NCBI GenBank assembly: GCA_964199315.1
Contig: OZ116712.1
Span: 20,770,001-20,834,000, forward strand
DNA: 64,000 nt
Reading direction: 5' to 3'
Source of the DNA: Orbicella franksi
Taxonomy: Eukaryota
Shown here: positions 1 to 10,830 of the stretch, piece after piece
How the letters are laid out: each line of letters opens with the position of its first letter
Position numbering within the stretch: position 1 is the stretch's first letter
Program-made: the position numbers and the translations under genes
Notes under the pieces: model-generated
Told to the model about the DNA's origin: nothing
The model's input: the letters and a program-made list of their open reading frames with translations, nothing else
The model's database searches: none

Positions 1-2324
1 GCCAAGAGCTTGTCGGTTTATAGTTGTTGAAGTCATTAATTAACTGGATACATTTTATTGAATAGCTGGCTTGGACATGTCCGAAAACTTAAGGAAGTGC
101 GCAATACCTGAAGTATGTTTTCACCGCCAGCATTTCGGTTTATCTAGTAACGAGGTTAAGGTCGTGGTATATTTCGCCTTTATACAATACTCCTCTTTGA
201 TGATAAACGACGCCGAAGATAGGCATTCATTAAAGCTAGACGTTGTTTCATTATAGCGTGTTCTTGTTTTTTCCTGTCCATGCCCTTGTCTCTAGGCAAC
301 GAGAAGAAACACTAAGAGCCTCTATTATTTAAAACAATCACCACTTCAAAACTGTTTGAGGCAATTCTGATACACACAGAAACTGTTTACATCTAATTAA
401 GTAGCTTGTGGCACCGTTTGAATACAAACGAAACTTAAGAATTGTACGAACGTGCTTTACTGGTTAGGTTTATATCCGTATTCGTCTCACTCGGAAATGA
501 AGTCGACCAACGGGAACTTGCAGTCTCTCACGTAATAACGTCTACGACTTCGAAACACTTTCTACAAGTTGATCATATCTGATATTCACTGTAATTTTTA
601 TTATCATTATGATTTGTTTGAATAAGCGCACTTTTATTCCCTCAATGTGTTATTGTAATTAATCCCACATCATTAAATGCTTAATACAGATGACGGTATT
701 TGTCATAACCGGAACTTGCGGCAATTTCAGCGACAAAAACTCCTCTAAAAACGCTGGCTTTACATTTAAAAAATCACGAGAGATAGCTTGGAAGGAGAAT
801 TAAATTAATTAAAAGACCAGTGATGTCTCCAACTTTCCACTTCTTCGGTGTTTCTTAAAACACTGGTCAAACTCCAGCAGTTAATTTATATCCCTGTACT
901 TTACGCCGCCCTGAGGCAAAAACATAGCATTGTTCATCCCCTGTTCTTTACTCTAATGCTGCTCGAGAGAAACGAAACAACATGTCTTTCAAATAAAGCC
1001 ATGATTTTTTTTCTTCTTCTTCCCATGATTTTGACACTAGCTGTGATGCCTGAGGCCAAACAACAGAGAAGTCCACATCAAGCTAAAGCTTAAAAAGATA
1101 TTCCGACCCTTTCACCCCGAGGTACAATGTACGTCTTTGGTAGCCTTTTTGACGTCTTCGTATTCACGTCACAGTATCAGGTACCGGATGAACAAATGAT
1201 GTCTAGCTCATTCGATTATCATTCATCCAGGTTTAACGTCCAAAATGTTTTCGTGTTTGAGAAGAAGAATAAAGGAGCAATTAGAACAAGGACAAAAATG
1301 CCAGGAAGTTACGAGTGAAAATTAAAGAAGAAAGGCATGGCAAAGGCAACTACACGTGTTCTCCTTCAGAAGATATGGAAAAAAATTCCTATTTTGGTGC
1401 GGGAATTTAAAAGGAGATTGCCTGGGCATTTCATTTTGACCTATACCTCCGAAAAGGATAGATTTACTCAGCGTACAAAAAACAATATTTTCTGGGATCT
1501 GTTTAATGACTCACTGGCCACTTGTTAAACATTTCCGTCAGTTTCTGAACCAATACAAGAGAGCAGTTTGTTTTGAAACTAACAGCTGATTCTGAGCGAA
1601 GACGTTACCACTAGCTGTAATGATCTGCTATAAACAACTCTTCATACTACCCCTCAGTTTGGTTAACTTTAATTTTATTTCTTTTCATTCCTCGTAGGTA
1701 ACAGTTTGTTTTCTGTTAACTTGGTTACGCGCGTAAAAAGTACATTGTGTTCTCATACGGTCTATTAGAGTTTTTAAAATTAATTTTGGGTGTGTTTACT
1801 GTATAGCAATAACTTGTGACTACAGTATAACAGTGTAAAGCGAAATTTTGCGCTCTTGATTTCTCATCTGACTGCAGTTTCCATAGGCAAGTACATGAAC
1901 AAGCTGGTAAAATCAGCATCAAAATTTATCGTGAAGTAAAACGTTAGCCGATCCTAACCATAAGACAACATAAGTACTATTAATTTTTTACACACCTTAG
2001 TGAAGGGAAGGGAACAAAACAATGGCAGTGGCTGGGTGCAAACGAGAGGCTGGTTTGGGGTCTAATTCAAACACTAACAACAGCAACACAATAGCATAAG
2101 GCTAGACCAAGAAAACATGCACGATGTTTTTGAAACATGGGGTCTACAAAATGCATTCTACTGTAGATAACAATTAATGTTTTTCACGTGGTTTTGGCTA
2201 CTAAATGTACAGTTCAAAACAACTAACCGAAATTTAAAAGTGCTGGTTACATATGGCACATGAAAGTTCTGCATTTAGATTTAAATATTTTTGTTACACT
2301 GGTATTTAGGTTATGTACTGCATA

Positions 2325-2738
2325 TCATATAAAGGAGGGTGTAAAATAACTTGGTTGTACGTTGTGATTGATTGACATCCAGTTATTCATTGGTATGTTT
2401 TTGGCATAAGGGAAATCTTGCTTGTGGATGGACGGGCCCATCATGGTGTTATTGACCGCATTTGAGGGCTGATATCCTGTGTTTCTCTGGATATTTACCA
2501 GTGCTTGCATATTCTGTTCCAGGGTATTTGTGCTTTGCTGTGGCCATGAAGCTGCTGTGTTATAATTGAACTTGCTGACTGGCTTTGCTGTAGATATCTG
2601 TATGCTCCTCTTTGCTGGCTTCCCTGGATCTTGTACGAGCGGTGATGAGTTTTTTCTCTTCGCCGGGTACGTCTTGTTTTGGGTTCCCGTCTGTTTGTCT
2701 TGCTGCCGACATTTTGCGCGTTTGTTTTTAAACCAAAC
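2325..2738 (-). CDS. Otx: Otx-1 coding exon 3: homeodomain helix 3 (VWFKNKRAKCRQQ) plus C-terminal region, ending ...SYFTPSFI*
   Basis: Acceptor ctcttctcacAG at 2740-2739. 414 bp open frame to TGA at 2327-2325. Continues exon 2 in phase 0. K50 residue present. Confidence 0.95.
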   Translation of the reverse strand, partial: VWFKNKRAKCRQQDKQTGTQNKTYPAKRKNSSPLVQDPGKPAKRSIQISTAKPVSKFNYNTAASWPQQSTNTLEQNMQALVNIQRNTGYQPSNAVNNTMMGPSIHKQDFPYAKNIPMNNWMSINHNVQPSYFTPSFI

Positions 2739-4867
2739 CTGTGAGAAGAGGCATTAATCTGGATGAGTGTGAACGTAAGAAAAAACCACTTATAGATTTG
2801 GTCTCGTATCTCGATTTTTCACGAGATAAACGTTAAACTCTCCGTCTGTTTTCAGGCTATTTAGTAGATCTTGTTCAACGAGAACATTTTTTTTTCAAAT
2901 ATAAATGCACACAAACTCGGACAAAGCAGAAACAAAAAATGCAGCTAGCAATTTTAACGTTGGTGCCGGACCCATACATCGCGTGCGTGCATTTCTCATC
3001 ATTCAACTTATCAAAGTGCAAATTGACTAACAAAGAAGATCACGCTAACCAAATTGCCATACGTTATTCTATTTCTTAATCCTTTGCATTGCAGATGTCA
3101 AATTGCCCAACGTGATCACCAAAGTCTGTGTACTGTCTATCGAGATGCGCATCACAACGAATGGTTTCCTTTTTTTTTTTTTTTTTCCAGTAACACATGT
3201 TTCGTGCGAATCGCGCACATTACTCCAAGAGGTGGTGCATATCTGTCGACGCCGCTAACATTTCATTGACGAGATCACATTGTTACTCAAGAAGGAAATA
3301 ACAATGGCTTGCCAGGGGTTAAGCTTTGATAAATTTGCGGGTAATTAATTGAACGCTTAAACATTGCCAATCGCACTAATTTGACTCTAATCTGGTTTGT
3401 TTTGTCCACCAAGGGACGCCTTTGAAAACAAGTCATGGGGATTTGCGGTCGGATTTGTCAACTTCACACGCGAGAATGGGTCTTAGCTGTGAGTAACATG
3501 CTGCATGGGATGGGGGACGAGGGAAGGTTATTTGTACATAAAAGTTGATAAGTACGTGCGGTAGATTTTGCTGTGGTTTTGGAACGTCCAGTTTGGTGCA
3601 GTCAGAAACGTTTCACATTCCATATTTACCCTATCTTGTACTTTAAATTTATAAAATTAACTCTGGATGTTTTTTTAGATGTGAAACAGGGCAGGGAATT
3701 CTGTATGGCAGCCCTCCCTAAAGGGATATACAGTTCCATCCATGCCAGTCGATTTTCAAATTTTTTCCAAAATAACCAGTGCTATTTTAAAACGTACTGT
3801 AAATGGTTGATAACAGACATTAAGCCACGCCAGAAATAAACCGCCGTAAGAAAACTACCGTTTTAGGACAAGAATTACAACGGTTTTGATGATGAATTAA
3901 TCCAATCGTTTGCAGTCGCTGTCACTCGGTGAGGTGAGTTGGTCGGTCGGATAATAAACAAAATACAAAAGAAATATGGACAAATCTGACTGTATTTACG
4001 TGTAGACTGCCGGCATATTGCGTGGAAGCCACTAGAAGCTTTTTAGGTTTTTGAACTCTTAAAAGTTGTAAAACTCTAGAAGGTGTCCGAAGAAGTCTCT
4101 GTGAGGGCTCACTGATTTAGATGCCAGACTTACTTGATGCAGATGTAAATGATGCGTATTAAACTTGGAAATGCCAGAAAAATAGAAGCATTCAATGAAT
4201 ATAAAAACATTTTTTTTCCCTTCATCCAAAAACTGCGTAGGTGGAACATGGGGATGGCCATAGGTTTGTTCTTCTACAACAAAGTTGTTAAAGACCCTCC
4301 ACAAATAAAAATCTAAGTGGTCACAAGTTTCATTGACCATTGTAAGGGTATGAGTTGTTTAGATAGTTTTTCAAAGAATCCTGATGACGTTCAAGACGAA
4401 AGAAAGCAGGTCTCTGCCATTTCGTAGACTCATCTTTTTTATATCAATTTTTTTTGTCAATGAAAACAGACAGATGACCTGACGGTGAATGGCAAAAACT
4501 CACATAGAGCTGAGCTCGTTGTCTTTGATGTGTCTCCAAACTCTCAAAGCGATCATTGGAAAAAAATAAAATTAAATAAAAAAGCGGTGCATTTGGTTGG
4601 GAGAATTGAAATTTTTAGCTTGGGATTGAAGTGATATAAAAAAATTCATCTCCTGAATCTCTGCTACCTTGCGCTGATTAGAAAAGGTCATTGTTCACAG
4701 ACTCCATGAAGTCCGATTCCCACTTTTTATCTCAGCTGTACTGTTGTCCACCAGTATTACAAGGCCTGGTGAAATCCCTGACTCGCGAAAAATCAAGAGT
4801 TATTACCTGCTATTAATCATAATTACGCTACGTACGTTATTCTAGGTAGATATTTAGTGATATTCAC

Positions 4868-5019
4868 CTGTACTCTGCTTTCAGGCAGGTTTATTTTCAT
4901 GGCCACTTCCTCTCTCATGAAGATGTCAGGATATTTTGTTTTGGCGAAGAGCTCATCCAGTATTTCCAGCTGAGATTTGGTAAAGGTGGTTCGTTCTCGC
5001 CGCTGTTTTCTTGGAGGAC
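4868..5019 (-). CDS. Otx: Otx-1 coding exon 2: homeodomain residues 1-46 (G)[50 protein letters not shown]
   Basis: 152 bp, acceptor ccttcaaAG, donor CAG|GTGAAT. The translation matches the Otx homeodomain signature (RRERTTF...[21 protein letters not shown]). Confidence 0.97.
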
Positions 5020-5616
5020 CTTTGAAGGAGACGTTACAACATTAACTAGATATCATTGAAAATTCTTTTAGAAATTAACTCAATCAGTTGCTATCAGGCG
5101 AGCAGATCTTGTTTCCCATTTTAAGGGACAAATTAGATAGGACATTCTTTAGTCTTCCACCACGCATTGCATTTTTATGCCACGAATCACCAACAAATTA
5201 AAACATAATTTGCCCGAGCTCTTGCTGACCTGGCAAATTTCTTCTTTTGTGTTAAATTCAGTTCTGCTCTCCAAAAAATGAAAAAGAAGGAAAAAGAACT
5301 GTGGTTTCCGCTTTAGCAATTTTTCCGTGCCATGATCTTCATTTCTCTAGGGCGGAAATTCATATCTGTTTAGATCTCTCGTCTGGATAAATCCAAGACA
5401 GCTCAGCGGAAGATGTGAACACTGCTAAAAGTTCAGTATATGCTGGAATGGTATAACTACAGTAACCTTCCTTACTTTAATAAAGTTTTGGATAAAGATG
5501 AGCGAAGACATGCCTTCTCGGCCAACGAGGTTCAAACAATTTAGCCCTCAGGGAGTAATGTGAATGTTTGGTTAAGAAATAAAAATTCAGAATGGGATCT
5601 CAAGTTTGAAAGCTAA

Positions 5617-5697
5617 TTTACCTTCAAAAAACCTTGACATTAAACACTGGGAACACCCTACACAGGGTAGTGAATATCCTGGCCAAAAGAACTCCAT
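5617..5697. promoter_or_regulatory. Paralog-conserved non-coding block in Otx-1 intron 1
   Basis: About 80 bp aligns colinearly with 17189-17266 in Otx-2 intron 1, roughly three-quarters identical by eye. Confidence 0.65.
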
Positions 5698-6599
5698 GAA
5701 TATCAGAAAGACGTATCAAAAGGTTCCTTCCTCTTTCCCAGGCAAAACGTTTATGATCGGTTGATACGATGATGTGAACAGTTTGGTTAACAATCATAAA
5801 CCTTGCCCCAGCCTTTGATGACGGATTATACCACTATTTGTGGCTTAGCTGGGAGGATAATGCTAAGCCGACAAGAATTAAGCCAGTCTTTAAATATCGA
5901 TATTCCGTGACATATTTTGCAAGTTGAAGATAATAACAAGTTTTAAAAAAGTCGTATCTACGCACCAGGCGTGGATTACAAGCTTTTATAACTGCTGAAT
6001 GGTAACAGCTGTGCTTAACGTGCGTTAAAACGACTAGGCAGAACTCCATTCACTGGAAAATTAATACTACGCCAGGCCAGAGATAACAACAGAAAAATAA
6101 CAGGTTTTGGCACAGGCTATATCACCTCATATAAACTGTCCGGACCGAGGGGAAGGAAAGGAAGTCAATTAGACTAAATAATGTCAAACCCTTCGATCAA
6201 ATAAAGATATTTTAGGTCCCCCAAGCAGTGCTAGTACAACTTGCAACTTAATCGACGGTCACTCAGATTAACTAAAGGAAATTATGGCCTTTTAAATGCA
6301 TTGTACATTAAAACAGACAAATGAATATCGTGAAACCGAAGGACGAATGCTATTATGTTTCCACGCATGTTTACAGCTATAGCTACATTTGTGAGCACAC
6401 AGTCTAAATATTAATAGAACTGCCTCCTGACAGGAACTAAGAAAAATTGGCTAATCCCAAAACCCACTTAGCGCTTTAGGCATTACCGAGGAAAGATTAT
6501 CCCGGTTGAGAAATATCAAAGATATTAAATGGTTACAAACGACATCCAGACATGCAAGCTAAGTAGACCACCCCAATTAAGCTGAATCGAAAGCCTTAC

Positions 6600-6693
6600 C
6601 GTACATTGGGACCAAGTCCGGGTAGAAGAACTCTGTGTTGGGAGCCTCGAAGTTAAAGCTACTCATTGCACAAGATGGTAGGCGAGTGTCCAT
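6600..6693 (-). CDS. Otx: Otx-1 coding exon 1: MDTRLPSCAMSSFNFEAPNTEFFYPDLVPMY(G)
   Basis: Donor TAC G|GTAAGG (phase 1, completes GGT with exon 2). Aligns with Otx-2 exon 1 (RLP.CAM...FY....MYG). ATG 6693 has good context (ataATGg). In-frame ATGs at 6738 and 6753 make the start uncertain. Spliced product 219 aa. Confidence 0.85.
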
Positions 6694-6853
6694 TATTGCT
6701 CTTTTCTTTTGTCTTTCAGGACCTAGCGTGCAAGCCATGAAAAGTGTTATCATAAACTTTGACCTGCAAGGGAAGCCCTTCACACGTGCAAGATCTTGTG
6801 GCTAGGGTTGTCTTGCGAGAAATCACGAAAACGCTATCGATAACAAACCCAAG

Positions 6854-6973
6854 ATTCCATTTTTGTCTTGGCCATCTTAAAAGGTCACGTCATTATCTTT
6901 TAAGTTGTGGCTAATCAGCTCTATACATCGGTTTCTTCTGATGAATGATTATTTCATTTGAGATCACGCAAAA
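6854..6973 (-). promoter_or_regulatory. Putative proximal promoter of Otx-1, homologous to the Otx-2 promoter
   Basis: Aligns with 18792-18908. Core GATTATTTCATTTGAGATCACGCAAAA lies 254 bp upstream of the ATG. Confidence 0.65.
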
Positions 6974-8402
6974 AAAGCTGCATCACTATGCTTTCTGTAA
7001 ACTGTTTGATTGACAGCCATCATCGTCCTCATCACTTATAGGCTTTTGTTCTCATTTGCTGTTTATTGGACATGTAGTGGAGAGAGAATGGAAACGAGTA
7101 GCAAGCTGCTTAGGGAGGGATGGAAAGTAAAAATTTTTTCACGCTGGAACTATTTTAAAATACAAAAATTTTATGTGTGAAAGCAATTCATAGCTAACTT
7201 GACTAAAGAAAGGCGATTTCTTACAAGGATCCGCTTCTGGGTTTCGTAAAACCTTTCCGGAACATTCTGTAACATAGCTCTGCCAATCTGCCAATCGACA
7301 TGTCACCCGGCCCATAACTGATATATCAAACACATGAATTGTACTCTAAACTATCTCTAAAAGGAAAATCTTCTGCGACGTCGCCTTGGGTTACGCTGCT
7401 GTCACTAAAAATGCAATATTCATGCAATAATACAATCAATAGCAGAATAACAACTCTAGGCTTTTAGACCATAATCAAAATCGATGGAAGACGGCAACTT
7501 CGTTGGCTTTGTGCAGCTGAGTATCAGAGTCAGTTTAACTGAACACTGAACATATAAAAAATCGAGCATTGAAATCGATGATAACTAATGCTTCGCGCGC
7601 TTTCACATTGCAGGTTAGGTCGTTTGTTCTCTTTGCTTGTTTTTTTTTTACTGATTTAGCTTTCATTGCAGCACAAAGGTTGAGGCCAATAAAACTTGAA
7701 ATCTGGCTTATTTTCTACTTAAAAAAGCAACGGAATGAACTTAAAAATTTCAAAAAATAAATATTTTACGTACCAGATAAACACTTCTCTCCCCTCTAGC
7801 TTTCAGTTCTTGTCCTCCTGTCTTTGAAAATCACTTCGGAATGTTCCTTCTACTCTACAAGCATCACGATTTTCATGTCGTGCGGTTTGCCACCCTCTCG
7901 AGTCGAACATGGATTCTTTTGTTGGAAATTCTAGAACAATCACAAAACTTTGTGGAACTTTGAAAAGCCACAGCAACATCACTAATTAAGACGACCCTCA
8001 GGAACTTTGTGATGAGTTGTGAACAAATGAAAGCCCCTATGTCATATTTATAGTCACGTCCGTCTTTTTCAGTCGTTCTGACAGTTTCACAGTGATGTAA
8101 TTACGTAATTTTATTTTATTTAGTTTTTATGTCTTTATAGTCATTCATCGTTGAAATATTTAATTAAAATAACGATGAAAGACGTACCCGAACTGAAGCC
8201 TAGAAAGATCAAATTTAAGATGATCGCGGGCAAGAGAAAATATATTATTTTTGGTGATCACCAACTACATGAACACAAAAGACAAGTAGATGAGGTGTTT
8301 GCACTGAGACACTCCAACAGATTAGTATTATGTTTTAATTTCTAAAAGCAGTTTCCCTGTCGAGAACTATCACGCAAGGGAAAAATCTGAGAATACAATC
8401 AG

Positions 8403-8437
8403 GTTTCGAAATGTTGGGTTTTGTAGAGGAAGGAAAA
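8403..8437 (-). mobile_element. Short diverged fragment of the SINE-like family at 37117-37308
   Basis: gaaatgttgggttttgtagaggaaggaaaa matches gaaatgttggttcttgtagagggaggaaaa in the longer copy. Confidence 0.5.
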
Positions 8438-10679
8438 TAGGATCCTAGGGGGAAACCGGGATTGAACGAGACAAGGTCCTCGCCATTTTATGACTGGCAT
8501 ATCAGTCAGTGGCCAACCCCTGCTCTCCGTGCTATTGAGCAAATTGTCTGTCTCTAGGCCTTCATCACGCAAGAGCAGAGGTCATGGAAAAGGGGTGTTT
8601 TCAGGAAGGCAAGGCAAGAAAATTCAGATGCACGATGTGTTTGCATAACAACGAATTACTGAACAGAGTCAGTTGCTGTTTTCGTCGCAAAATAATCTCG
8701 TTGAAACAAAGAAAAATAAAAGCTGGATCTTTTAGATGCTATGCTACAAAGATAGCTGTTGCAAGAGGAGCGCTAGTGTCACAAAGCCTTTATTTGGCCA
8801 AAAAACAACATTGATGGCATAAATAACGATATCAGGCCAGGAAGGAAAAATATCAAGCCGTTAATTAAATTAATTAACCGCAATTACACCAGTCCTCAAT
8901 CGAAAAGAGAAATGAACTAATACCGCAAATATCTTTCTGTTTTTCCAGTTGAAACAATAGGATAACACAAATCTCCTTGCTGCTTACATGATGAGATTAA
9001 ATAAGACTAAAAATCAAAATTAACAAACTCATCTATAAATTTTAAGTTGTTCAGATTCCCTTTTTGACAATTTACCCAGCGAGTTTCAAAAAGTGGGATC
9101 ACTGCGAAATGTCAAACTTAAAATGTAAATATAAATAATAAACTTCTGCCTTTTGTTTTGTTTTCAACATTTCTCGAATAAATCAGCCTCATAAAACTTT
9201 GTAGGAGAGGATGTTTCTTTCCTGTTTATCTTTATGCTGCGTGATATTGTTCGGATAATCATGGTTTTAATGTTAACCACAAGAATCAAAATACTGTTGA
9301 TTTCTGGTCGTTTGAAAGGAAGCCGAGTGTTAAAAAGCAGCTAATTAAGTCCTGAAATAAAAAAGGGGAAATAATCCAATTTTTCTTGAATTCTTACCGA
9401 CAGTTGAAATAATTCACAACTTTAAACGCCAGATATTTTTCAAAACGAATAATTAAACTGTAAACAGATGGTTCAAGAAACATTTTTTTTGCCTTTACAA
9501 TTGCATGTTCGAAAGAACGTTGTCTGTCAACATATTGAAACACTTCTGCCCCACGGACGTATACTTGGGGCCGGAAAAAATACGTCGCATTATGAAAACT
9601 ATGTCTAACATCTGCTTTAAAATCATCGGCTATGTCACGTCCGTGTGGTCGGCTTGGTACATTTTTTACTTAGAAAGAAAAATAAAACAAAAAATTGGGA
9701 AGAATAAAAAAAGCTGATGACACAACAGCTTAAAAGCACTTGAGCACAATCTCATACGAATTTCTTGCACCAAGTTAGAACTTAGTACAGTACGTAAAGT
9801 TTGCAGAAGGACATATAAATGATGGTGGCACTGCATTTTTTTCATTTTTTTTTTATTTTCACAAAAAAACTGGAAAACCACTGTTAACCTGACTGTATAC
9901 GACAGATGGCTTGCTCCGCGCAGTGTTTTCCACCTGCTTTCAGTACGATTGCCTTACTATGAAAAACACGCAATAGGCACGCACTGATACAAAATGGAGG
10001 TTTGTAAGACAAGTTTACTCATGGCTTAGCTCCTTTTAATAAGTCCAGCAGAAAGATACATTCAGTAACTTGTGTGTGCAGTGTTCATGACCGACGTGGA
10101 ACGGAGTGGGCGCGAGTCGTCGAACATGACTATGTATTTTACGTCAAAGACTAGAAAATCGAAAGCAAGTTTAAGGATCGGTGTGGTTTTAAGTTACTTT
10201 GTTGTTCAAGTGGATTTGTGGCGCATAGTTTTTTCGCTCTTTAATGTTATGTAAAAAGTGGCTCGTCAAATTCTAATGTTCTATCTTTGTATTAACAAGC
10301 CGGTCAAGCTTGTAACAATATGGGTGCAGTCATTTTTGCGGCAGGGAAACTCGTTCTCGACAGTACTCCACGTTGCGTGAGTCTAATGGCAAGCAAGCAG
10401 TGAAAGCCGGTTGAAAAACCTACTACAGCAAAACTGATGATATTAAAATCTCTTAAAATGACTGCAATAGTTTTAAACACAATAGCTTCCATTTGTACAC
10501 GTACTGCAAATTGACCTTTAAGTCGGTCTGCTACTGCAATATCTTCAAAAGTGTAAGAGTACAACCTCCATATTGTAACATGAGTAATATTGTAGTGCTT
10601 GAACTTTTTTAATATTATTTTTCATAATTTAATTAAGTCCCCACACTGCAACAGTGATGATAATATGTAATTTGTTATA

Positions 10680-10830
10680 GCTGGTTTTCTTACCACAATG
10701 TTCAACGCGCTCTCTGATTGGCTTCTTCGAGGTCTCGGGACATATTACAATGAAACTGTTTCCCGCCAAAAGTTTCTGAGCGTGTACAGTATTGTAGAGT
10801 CTATGACGTCAAAAAGTCTGTGACGTCAGC
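10680..10830. repeat. Probable interspersed repeat fragment with two TGACGTCA palindromes
   Basis: I recall acaatgaaactgtttcccgccaaaa...ctatgacgtca as a recurrent coral repeat. There is no second copy in the window to confirm it. Confidence 0.4.

Noticed and set aside
1100-1550. Purine-rich stretch that looked like decayed coding sequence
   Set aside because: All three frames are interrupted and no recognisable family was found.
4381-4401. CTGATGA...GAAA hammerhead-like strings at 4381 and at ~30800-30820 (minus strand)
   Set aside because: No proper stem II closure, no stems I/III, and GAAT instead of GAAA in the second case.
10337-10345. GCGGCAGGG shared at ~3.6 kb upstream of both Otx-1 and Otx-2 (22195)
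   Set aside because: A 9-mer match is expected by chance over these intervals, and the flanks do not align.
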